Shown here piece after piece: positions 31,611-39,853 of a DNA stretch of 64,000 nucleotides. The position numbers and the translations under genes are program-made. The stretch comes from Myxococcota bacterium (GTDB lineage Bacteria > Myxococcota > Kuafuiibacteriia > Kuafuiibacteriales > Kuafuiibacteriaceae), in assembly GCA_050331295.1 (NCBI GenBank), contig JBHJGZ010000003.1, positions 53,459 through 117,458 of the forward strand. The letters run 5' to 3'. Under the pieces are notes generated by a model. That model made no database searches. It was not told the origin of the DNA and saw nothing but the letters and a program-made list of their open reading frames with translations. How positions within the stretch are numbered: the stretch's first letter is position 1; every line of letters starts with the position of its first letter.

Positions 31611-32507
31611 ATGGAGCGTGATCCGCGGGACACCATTACCGAGCAATCGTTTCGGGTCGATCCCGCGCTGCTGGGAACGGTCTTGGCTTCGCCCTGGCGA
31701 AGGCTCGCCGCCGTATCGTTGGATACGTTCATCGCCGCCATCTTCGCCAACATCGTGGGGGCGACGGTCATCAATTTGGCCATCTCCTACCTGTTGTTCC
31801 GCGGTGCCGCCCGCACGGAACCGGGACCGGGCTCCGGATGGAGAAAGTGGCTCCTGATCGGCTTCGGGGTCATCTTCCTCGCTGGGGCCGTCGCGTCGTG
31901 TACGTACAATCTCGATCTTTCGGACGACGAGCGCGCAGAATCGGAGCCGGCCGAGGAAACGGACAGTGAGGTCCCGAAGGTCGACGACGACGACGTTCGG
32001 GACATCATGGAAGCCATCCGCCTCGTTCAGGCGGTCACCGGTACCGAAGACGCCGTGACCTCCACCGACACCGAGGCTGCTGCCACCATGGTCGCAAGCA
32101 AGATGGACAACCTCATGGACGAGCTGGAAGAGGTCGAGGAAGCATCTCGCGCCTGCGCCGAAAATCAGTGGACCGTGAAGCGAGCGCTTCGTGTCTTGTT
32201 GGATACCGTCGGCCTGACCGTGGGCTGGATCGGACTGTACTTCACGGTGTTCTTGAGTTGGTGGAAAGGCCAAACGCCGGCGAAACGACTCCTCCGATTG
32301 AGAGTGGTTCGGCTGGACGGTAGTCCGATCACAGTGTGGCATTCTTTCAATCGATTCTCGGGATATTCCGCGGGGTTTGCCACGGGTCTTCTCGGCTTTG
32401 CCGAAGCGCTCTGGGACCAGAATCGACAAGCGATCCACGACCGGATCGCGGCGACCGTCGTCGTACGCACCGACCATCAGACCCGGCCCCCTTCAGAGCC
32501 GGAGTGA
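31611..32507 (+). CDS. RDD family membrane protein
   Basis: LASPWRRLAAVSLD, GQTPAKRLLRLRVV, QAIHDRIAAT. Confidence 0.85.
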   Translation: MERDPRDTITEQSFRVDPALLGTVLASPWRRLAAVSLDTFIAAIFANIVGATVINLAISYLLFRGAARTEPGPGSGWRKWLLIGFGVIFLAGAVASCTYNLDLSDDERAESEPAEETDSEVPKVDDDDVRDIMEAIRLVQAVTGTEDAVTSTDTEAAATMVASKMDNLMDELEEVEEASRACAENQWTVKRALRVLLDTVGLTVGWIGLYFTVFLSWWKGQTPAKRLLRLRVVRLDGSPITVWHSFNRFSGYSAGFATGLLGFAEALWDQNRQAIHDRIAATVVVRTDHQTRPPSEPE

Positions 32508-32529
32508 TGGAGAGTGGAGCCCTCCGGCT

Positions 32530-34005
32530 TCAGTGGTCGCAGCGAGACACGGGTGAGAGATCCGGATGGCGGAAAAGGAAGAGCTTCCGCTGCCAGAGCG
32601 GCGTGGGCTGGACAAATGCAGGATCATCACCGGCCCGCAGCACCTCGAACGTCTCCCCACCGAGTTGATACGTCACGGACGCATCAGGATGCCGATGCAT
32701 GAAGTCTCGGAACTCGAACCAGACCATCCCGCGTTCTGAGTCCCTCAGCCGCTCCAATTCTGGCTCGCTGCTTTCCACGATGCGGACAACCTTCGACTGA
32801 TAAGGCCAAAGATACAGGGGCTCCTGGACCACGTAGTGGTTGGTTCGGCCCTCCTCGGTGACGAGATTGCTGAACATGGACAACGCGAGCTCCGTCTTGC
32901 CGCCCAGGTACGGCAGTGTGCCGTTGAGAAAGAAAAGGGCGGGAATGGCCAATTGACGTCGCGGCACGCGAAGCAGATGCCATGCGGTGGGAGTCCTGAC
33001 CTGGAAGCGTTCGCGTTCCTGCCAGACGCCGAAGCCGACGAAAACGATGAACGCGAGACCGTAGCAGACCCAAAGCCCCACCGACGCCAGTCGGTAATAG
33101 CGGCTGTACTCTCCGAAGACACCTAGATAAGCGAGCACGTAGGCGAGCGAGAGCGCCGCGCCAAAGAAGATGAACCGACCGAACGGGTTCTCTTGCAGCC
33201 AGGCGAGAGGCCGGCGGACCAGGCCTTGCCAGCTCCGGCTCACATCATCGGGAGAGAGGTACAAAAAATATAAAGCTAATAATACTGATGAAAAATTGTA
33301 GTAAGGCTTGTACTCACTGAGTCCGATGATGAAGTGGAAGAAGGCTCCCACCAGCACGCCCATGGTCCGAGTCCTAGACCAGAGGAGCAGGACTGGAATC
33401 AGCGCTTCAACGAAGATCGTCATCCATATCGCGGCCCAGCGCACCCACAGATGGCCGGTGATGGCATCGGGAATGGGAAGGCCGAGGGCCGCCACGAGGT
33501 CGCCGGCACAGGACGCGTCGGGGTTGAAGAACCCCGCGTTGAGTTTGTGGAACACCGCCCAGAAGTAGAGAACCGGAACCAGAAGGCGCGCCGAGGCAGC
33601 AAAGCGGGCGAATATGCGCTCCCGGTTGAAGCTCCCTGACGGGATTTCGATCAGAGCCGAGCCGACCAAGATGAAGTTGGCCGTGGTAGCGAGCATCCAA
33701 TGATTCGACAGATAGGGTGCATAGATCATGACCTCCGTGATTTGGAGGCAAGCCAGAACCAACAGTCGATTGAGGGTGGGACGGGCCACGAAGAGACTTG
33801 CCGCGGTCAGGGTCAGGGCGAGTTGAACCGGCGTATTGGCCACGTGCTTCAACGAGACCTGATGGAAGATGACAGCACTCGCCCACAACAAACAGAATCC
33901 GTGAAACCAGAGCCGGTCTCGGTCATCACGGTCCGAAGAACCAGAAACCAGACCTGAGCCGAAGCCGCTCGTGGGGCCTTGGATCGTTTTGACCTGAGGG
34001 GTCAT
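32530..34005 (-). CDS. HTTM-like multi-pass membrane protein
   Basis: About 10 TMs; SNH, YFWAVFHKLN, FH and MFSNL motifs. Confidence 0.7.
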   Translation of the reverse strand: MTPQVKTIQGPTSGFGSGLVSGSSDRDDRDRLWFHGFCLLWASAVIFHQVSLKHVANTPVQLALTLTAASLFVARPTLNRLLVLACLQITEVMIYAPYLSNHWMLATTANFILVGSALIEIPSGSFNRERIFARFAASARLLVPVLYFWAVFHKLNAGFFNPDASCAGDLVAALGLPIPDAITGHLWVRWAAIWMTIFVEALIPVLLLWSRTRTMGVLVGAFFHFIIGLSEYKPYYNFSSVLLALYFLYLSPDDVSRSWQGLVRRPLAWLQENPFGRFIFFGAALSLAYVLAYLGVFGEYSRYYRLASVGLWVCYGLAFIVFVGFGVWQERERFQVRTPTAWHLLRVPRRQLAIPALFFLNGTLPYLGGKTELALSMFSNLVTEEGRTNHYVVQEPLYLWPYQSKVVRIVESSEPELERLRDSERGMVWFEFRDFMHRHPDASVTYQLGGETFEVLRAGDDPAFVQPTPLWQRKLFLFRHPDLSPVSRCDH

Positions 34006-34218
34006 GGGCTCGGTTCCGTTGGAGACGATCTACGTCGTCGGCCGCAAATGGGCAAGTTAGCCTGCCAAGTTTACGACAGGCCCGACCCCGCGATCTGTCC
34101 TACACTTCGCCACCCACCTCACCACGAACAAGCCGACGCGCCCAACCTGTCCTCGTCGCCAAAGGCTCGGTGTCGAACATCGATTGACGATGAGCGAAGG
34201 TCATGACGTCCACAACCG

Positions 34219-35079
34219 GTGATCGTCGCTGAAGGGCTCCTCTTCAGATATCCCTCGGCCGACAAGCCGGCCATCGCCGACCTGTCGTTCCGCATCGCCG
34301 AGGGCGAGGTCTTTGGATTTCTCGGACCGAGCGGAGCCGGCAAGTCGACGACACAGAAGATCCTCCTTCGGCTTCTCCGGGGCTGGCAGGGCCAAATCGA
34401 GATTCTAGGTCGCCGGCTTGAAGACTGGAACTCCGACTACTACCGGCACGTCGGCGTCGGATTCGAAGCGCCCAATCACTATTCCAAGCTCACGGCACGA
34501 GAAAACCTTCGGTACTTTGCGTCCTTGTATCGCGACGTGCCTCGGACCTTCGAGCCGTTGTTGACCTCGGTCGGTCTCGGACCTCATGCCGACCAGAGGG
34601 TCGCCACCTTCTCGAAAGGCATGAAGCATCGACTCAATCTGATTCGCGCCCTGATCCACCGGCCCCGACTGCTCTTTCTCGACGAGCCCACCGCAGGTCT
34701 CGACCCGGTGCACGCGCGGATGGTCCGAGATCTGATCGAAGCGCAAAGGCAGGATCAGGTGACCGTTTTCCTCACGACCCACGACATGCAGCTCGCCGAG
34801 GAACTCTGCGACCGAGTCGGATTCTTGGTGGATGGAAAGCTTTGGGCAGTGGACGCGCCCGCCGCACTTCGTGCAGCTCATGGTCGCCGTGCCGTCGAAG
34901 TGAAGGCCAGCGACGGTCGTCGCGGGCACTTCTCGCTCGATGACCTCGGGGACAACGGTGCGTTCATCGACTTCCTCCGAAGCGCCCGGGTGGAGACCAT
35001 CCACAGCATGGAAAGCTCTCTGGAAGATGTCTTCATCAAGGTGACGGGTCGGGAGCTGACCGGAGACGAATCTTCATGA
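34219..35079 (+). CDS. ABC exporter ATP-binding protein (fluoroquinolone/multidrug-export type)
   Basis: GPSGAGKSTTQK, FSKGMK, FLDEPTAGLDP, SLEDVFIKVTG. Confidence 0.92.
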   Translation: MIVAEGLLFRYPSADKPAIADLSFRIAEGEVFGFLGPSGAGKSTTQKILLRLLRGWQGQIEILGRRLEDWNSDYYRHVGVGFEAPNHYSKLTARENLRYFASLYRDVPRTFEPLLTSVGLGPHADQRVATFSKGMKHRLNLIRALIHRPRLLFLDEPTAGLDPVHARMVRDLIEAQRQDQVTVFLTTHDMQLAEELCDRVGFLVDGKLWAVDAPAALRAAHGRRAVEVKASDGRRGHFSLDDLGDNGAFIDFLRSARVETIHSMESSLEDVFIKVTGRELTGDESS

Positions 35080-35753
35080 TGGCGACCCTTCTCTTGGACA
35101 TCCGCCGACAGACACGGAGCGGGTTGTACGTGATCGGATTCGCGGTTTCGCTCGTCCTCGGCCTCGGTCTTCGAGCCACAGGCGCCTCGGATCCGGCGCT
35201 GCTGGCGGGAATCGCTCTGGTCTTCCTCGGCGGGACCACCTTCCTGTTCGCGGCATCGATGCTGCTCTCGGATCGGAGTGAAGGGACCCTGCACGCGTTA
35301 CGCACCAGCCCCCTGCGTCCTCGCATCTACCTCCTCTCCAAGATCATCTCGCTGACCGCGTTCTCGGCCATCGAGGCCTCCGTCATCGTGGTCGCCGGCG
35401 GGTTCGGATGGCCGACGCCGTCCTTCACCCTCGGAACCATCCTGCTCGGAGTCCCGTACGTCATGCTGGCCTTGGGCCAAGCGTCCGCCACGGACAGCAT
35501 GACGTCCTTCCTGTTTCCCACCGGCGTCACGACGTCCTTGACGATGCAGCTTCCGGTTCTCGGACTCATCGGCGTCGGGTGGGATGCCTTGTGGATGTGG
35601 ATTCCCTCTCAAGCCGCCGCCCATCTGATGGCGGGTTCGTACCGTGAACCCTTTGCCATCGCATCTTTCGCATGGTGGTGTCTGGCTTCGGCGGGCCTGT
35701 GGATATGGGCCCTTCGTCGCTTCGATGCTCGGCTGCAGTGGAGCGCACGCTAA
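35076..35753 (+). CDS. ABC exporter permease
   Basis: Six TMs; EGTLHALRTSPL..YLLSK; ATGA overlap. Confidence 0.85.
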   Translation: MMATLLLDIRRQTRSGLYVIGFAVSLVLGLGLRATGASDPALLAGIALVFLGGTTFLFAASMLLSDRSEGTLHALRTSPLRPRIYLLSKIISLTAFSAIEASVIVVAGGFGWPTPSFTLGTILLGVPYVMLALGQASATDSMTSFLFPTGVTTSLTMQLPVLGLIGVGWDALWMWIPSQAAAHLMAGSYREPFAIASFAWWCLASAGLWIWALRRFDARLQWSAR

Positions 35754-36470
35754 ATGATCAGCTGGATGCGCATCCTGGCCGGGGACGGTCTTCGCGTCTT
35801 GCGAGACCAGTTTCTGGTCGCGGCTCTCCTCTACGTGCTGGTCACCGCCGCTGCGATCGGGTTCTCGCTTTCGCCGCTACGCGATTGGGTCGAGCAACGA
35901 TACGCGTTTCCGCTAGAGGATCATTACCCGCTGTTCAGCGCCTACTTCGGCGCGACGCTGGGCGGACTGGCGGTCGGTTCGGTCGGCGGATTCCTCCTCG
36001 TGGAATCGAAGGTAGAGAGGGCCTTTGACGTCCTTCGTGTCAGCCAAATCGGCGTGGGTGCCCACCTGCTCGTGCAGTGCTCGGTCGCCTGGCTGATCGC
36101 GAGCCTCCTCATCCTCGTGCTCTCTTTTCTCGTGAGTCCCACGCTCCCGGGCACGACCGCATGGATCTTCGGTGCTGTCGTTTCGGCCCTTCTCGCACCG
36201 ACCACGATGTTGTTCATCGGTGCATTTGCCGAGGACCAGATGGAGGCCTTTGCGGCCGCGAAACTCGTCGGGCTCATCGGACTGGCTCCGGTCGCGGCCT
36301 GGTTCCTTCCGGAGCCCTGGAGCCTCGGGTTGGGTCTTCTTCCCCACGTTGGCGCCATCTATCCTTGGTGGGGCCTGAGCCTCTGGTGGTGCGTGCCTTC
36401 GCTGCTCGCGTTTCTGCTGGCCATCGAGGGTCTCCGACGAACGCTGCTTCACCGGATCCTGAGCCGCTAG
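35754..36470 (+). CDS. ABC exporter permease
   Basis: Multi-TM; abuts the previous gene; MEAFAAAK motif. Confidence 0.82.
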   Translation: MISWMRILAGDGLRVLRDQFLVAALLYVLVTAAAIGFSLSPLRDWVEQRYAFPLEDHYPLFSAYFGATLGGLAVGSVGGFLLVESKVERAFDVLRVSQIGVGAHLLVQCSVAWLIASLLILVLSFLVSPTLPGTTAWIFGAVVSALLAPTTMLFIGAFAEDQMEAFAAAKLVGLIGLAPVAAWFLPEPWSLGLGLLPHVGAIYPWWGLSLWWCVPSLLAFLLAIEGLRRTLLHRILSR

Positions 36471-36472
36471 TC

Positions 36473-37357
36473 TCACCAGGGAGGCGGGATCAAGCGCCTC
36501 CGAACCAGGGTCAGGAAGGCCCTCACGCGAGGTGCGATCCATTCGCGCGACGGATACAAAACCGCGATGACGCCGGCCTTTGAGGCTTCGTACCTCTCCA
36601 GGACACGAACGAGCCGACCGGAAGCCAGCGACGGGTTGACGAGCCAGCCCGGGAGCTGTGCCAATCCCAATCCAGCTTCTGCCGCTTGCCGAGCGAAGTC
36701 ACCGAAGTCCGTTCGAACACCTCGATAGACGCGAACCGTCCGCTGGCGACCCCGAAACGTCCACGTGTCGGCTTCACCCACAACGATGGTCCGGTGGTGG
36801 AGCAGGTCGCTCGGCTGACTCGGCTCTCCGTGGCGCTCGAGATAGCGCGGCGACGCGCACACCATCCGTCGCTCATCGGCGATCTTCAGGACCTGGAGTT
36901 CGGAGTCCGCCAAAGGTCCAATCCGCACTGCGAGATCGAGACCCGACGACACGAGGTCGAGGACCGTGTCGGTGAGCACCAGCTCGTAGCGAAGGTCAGG
37001 ATGCTGCTCGGAGAGTTCGTTGAGGATCGGCGCCAGGTAGAGACGGGCGAAGGTCGCGGAGGCGGTGAGCCGTAATGTGCCCGCAACCTTGTCCCGAACC
37101 CTCGACACGTCCCGCTCCGCTTCTTCTACTCCAGCGATCAGCTTTCGCGCATGAGGCCGGAGACGCTCCCCCTCCGCCGTCAACGCCACGCTTCGCGTGG
37201 AGCGATGGAACAGGCGCGCCCCAAGAGAGCTTTCCAATCGCGCGATGGACCGCGTGATCGCGCTCGGCGTCTGATTCAGCGTACGGGCGGCCCCACTGAA
37301 TCCACCTTCACGCCCGACGACTTCGAATGTGATGAGGTCCTCCATCCGCAGATTCAT
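36473..37357 (-). CDS. LysR-family transcriptional regulator
   Basis: GGFSGAARTL..PSAITRSIARLE..LFHRSTR HTH; DLAVRIG substrate domain. Confidence 0.95.
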   Translation of the reverse strand: MNLRMEDLITFEVVGREGGFSGAARTLNQTPSAITRSIARLESSLGARLFHRSTRSVALTAEGERLRPHARKLIAGVEEAERDVSRVRDKVAGTLRLTASATFARLYLAPILNELSEQHPDLRYELVLTDTVLDLVSSGLDLAVRIGPLADSELQVLKIADERRMVCASPRYLERHGEPSQPSDLLHHRTIVVGEADTWTFRGRQRTVRVYRGVRTDFGDFARQAAEAGLGLAQLPGWLVNPSLASGRLVRVLERYEASKAGVIAVLYPSREWIAPRVRAFLTLVRRRLIPPPW

Positions 37358-37449
37358 TTCCTCGATTTTCGCCGAAGTCTTCACCGAATCATATCTATTT
37401 TCGAGTGGCTCCTCCGGACGTAAACCATGGACCGAGAGGAGAGTTCGAG

Positions 37450-38310
37450 ATGACCACCGTTCACAGCTTCGACCACATTCATCGCCTCCGAGCTTCGACT
37501 CCACGGATGGACGAACTGGAGGCACGGCTTCGCTTTTTGCGACCGAACATCACGAGGCCAGTCGTCCACGTCCAAGACATCGCCTCGGGCAAGACCACCG
37601 GTCTTCCGCCGGACTGCTACGAGGAACGACGCGTGCCGATCGACAACGGAAGGAGCAAGGCCCTCTCGCTGGAGCGGGAGGGCGTGATCCTGATTCCTCA
37701 TCGCTCCCGCGTCGTGGACTGGTTCGACCCGGAGGAGGTGGAATCCGTGTACACCGGTGAAGTGGCCGAGCTGGTGAGGATACAGACCGGAGCAAGAGAG
37801 GTTCTGGTTTTCGACAAGACTGTCCGGGCTCAATCACCAGGTCTTCGAAACGCGATGCAGCTTCGAGAGCCGGTATCCTATGTACACGCCGACTACACCG
37901 AAACGTCTGGACCGCAACGGGTTCGAGATCTCTCGGGATTGCTCGCCGATGAGCGACTGGCTCGACCTTTCGCGTTCTATAATCTGTGGCGTCCACTCAA
38001 TGGACCCGTGGAATCGCGACCGTTGGCTTACATCGACGCCAGCTCGCTCAACCCTGACACGCTGGTGGAGACCGACCTCGTCTATACCGACCGGATCGGC
38101 CACATCTATAATCAGATCCACGATCCCCAGCATCGCTGGCTCACCTTTCCCGGGCAAGACACACGCGAAGTTGCGCTCTTCAAGACCTTTGACAGCCGAA
38201 AGCAACGCATCGCTCGGTTCGTGACCCATGGCGCGTTCGAGGATCCCGACGCCTCGCCTGCATCCCGTGAGAGGACGAGCCTCGAAGTCCGAACCATCGC
38301 GTTCTTCTAG
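37450..38310 (+). CDS. CmcJ/NvfI-like oxidoreductase
   Basis: VHADYT, YNLWRP, PLA, FKTFDS, HGAF, RTSLEVR; GAGGAG SD; divergent from the LysR gene. Confidence 0.85.
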   Translation: MTTVHSFDHIHRLRASTPRMDELEARLRFLRPNITRPVVHVQDIASGKTTGLPPDCYEERRVPIDNGRSKALSLEREGVILIPHRSRVVDWFDPEEVESVYTGEVAELVRIQTGAREVLVFDKTVRAQSPGLRNAMQLREPVSYVHADYTETSGPQRVRDLSGLLADERLARPFAFYNLWRPLNGPVESRPLAYIDASSLNPDTLVETDLVYTDRIGHIYNQIHDPQHRWLTFPGQDTREVALFKTFDSRKQRIARFVTHGAFEDPDASPASRERTSLEVRTIAFF

Positions 38311-38367
38311 TCTTTGCCCCGTTTCCCGTGATCTGCGGCTCCCCGCTCCCCGAGGCTCGAAACGAGC

Positions 38368-39732
38368 CTACTTCTGGCCGTTCTCGAGATCGATTCGATA
38401 GCGCTTGAGCCAGCGGTGGATCTGCATCCTCGCCTTTCCCATGTCCCGCGCCACTTGGCTGATGTTTCCATGATGGCGCTCCAACAGTTCCACCAGTCGC
38501 TGGCGTCGAGCTTCATCCTCTTCGGACAGCGGATGAACGCGCATCGGCCTCTCCTCCGACGGAGTGAACCGCCACTTGTCCGCGGCGAGTTTTCCGTCCG
38601 GAGCCAGCGTCAAGGCCAAGGTCACCGCCTTTTCCAGCTCCCGCACATTGTACCGCCAAAGCTGCAGCATCAGTTGTCTCGCCACGGTTCGAGGCAAAAC
38701 GATCGACGCGGGGTCTCGGCCGCTTCTTCGCACCAGCTCCCGAAAGAGCCGACCGATGTCTTCTCGACGGTCGCGGAGCGGTGGAATCTCCATGGTAAAG
38801 CCGGAGATTCGGGCCATCAGATCCTCTCGGAAACGTCCCGAGTCCACGAACTGGTTGAGGTCTCGATGGGTGGCCGTCACCAGGCGAAAGTCGACGGGAA
38901 TCGTCCGGTGACCTCCCACCGGAACCACCGTCCGCTCCTGCAAGACTCGCAAGAGCTTCACCTGCGCCGCGAGGGGCAGCTCTCCGATTTCGTCCAGGAA
39001 GAGCGTCCCGTGATTCGCCGCGCGAACCAGACCTTCCCGGTCTCGATCCGCTCCACTGAATGCACCCCGCTCTACGCCGAACAATTCCGATTCCACGAGG
39101 GCTTCTGGTAGGGCGCCGCAATTGACCGGCACGAAAGCCCCTTTCCGACCCGACTGCCGATGGACGAGGGATGCAGCCACTTCCTTCCCCACACCGCTTT
39201 CGCCGCGCACGGAAACCGGGACATCACTCGCCGCGACTTGGGCCAGCTGCATCAATTGCCCGGCCCATGGACCATGGAAGGTTCGAAGTTCACCGAGGCC
39301 CTGGGGGCCGTCGTCGTCGTGGACCCACGTGGGAGTCCGATCCCGGAACACGAAGAATGAGTGCCCCAGTTCGATGATGTCGCCGTCCCGAAGGCGTTGA
39401 GTGTCCGTCACCGGGATGCCGTTGACCAAGGACCCGTTCTTGGAACCCAAGTCCTGGAGGGCGAAGCCGCTCGCATCTTTTGCGATTTGCGCGTGATGGC
39501 GAGACATCCGGGAGTCCGGGAGGCCCACCTCCAGGGCACAGGAGTCTCGATGAAGGCGCAGCTGGCCACTCCGACCCCATCGAGACTTGAGGACCGGGTC
39601 GAGCCGTACCCGATAAGAAGCGAGGTCCATCCGGTCGGCACAGAACACGAACACCAAGTGCGGGCGAACCACGCTCCGAGGCCGGATGCCCGAATCGTCG
39701 ATCAAGGAGAGTGTCTGACTGAGGTCACGCAT
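38368..39732 (-). CDS. FHA-domain sigma54-dependent activator (AAA+, Fis HTH)
   Basis: FHA (GR..SRHHA..SKNGS), GESGVGKE, ESELFG, GAFSGA, FLDEIG, C-terminal HTH. Confidence 0.93.
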   Translation of the reverse strand: MRDLSQTLSLIDDSGIRPRSVVRPHLVFVFCADRMDLASYRVRLDPVLKSRWGRSGQLRLHRDSCALEVGLPDSRMSRHHAQIAKDASGFALQDLGSKNGSLVNGIPVTDTQRLRDGDIIELGHSFFVFRDRTPTWVHDDDGPQGLGELRTFHGPWAGQLMQLAQVAASDVPVSVRGESGVGKEVAASLVHRQSGRKGAFVPVNCGALPEALVESELFGVERGAFSGADRDREGLVRAANHGTLFLDEIGELPLAAQVKLLRVLQERTVVPVGGHRTIPVDFRLVTATHRDLNQFVDSGRFREDLMARISGFTMEIPPLRDRREDIGRLFRELVRRSGRDPASIVLPRTVARQLMLQLWRYNVRELEKAVTLALTLAPDGKLAADKWRFTPSEERPMRVHPLSEEDEARRQRLVELLERHHGNISQVARDMGKARMQIHRWLKRYRIDLENGQK

Positions 39733-39853
39733 GAAGTCGCTTCCCGGAGTCACAACCCATAGCACACCCCCAATTCATAAGCTGTCTGCCCCACCGCATC
39801 AGGGCTTTATGGCCTTCGACAAGACGGGTTGTGGTCACTACTTTGGAGAGGCT

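Noticed and set aside
33255-33305. AT-rich patch as a dif site or replication origin
   Set aside because: No XerC/XerD arms or DnaA boxes recognised.
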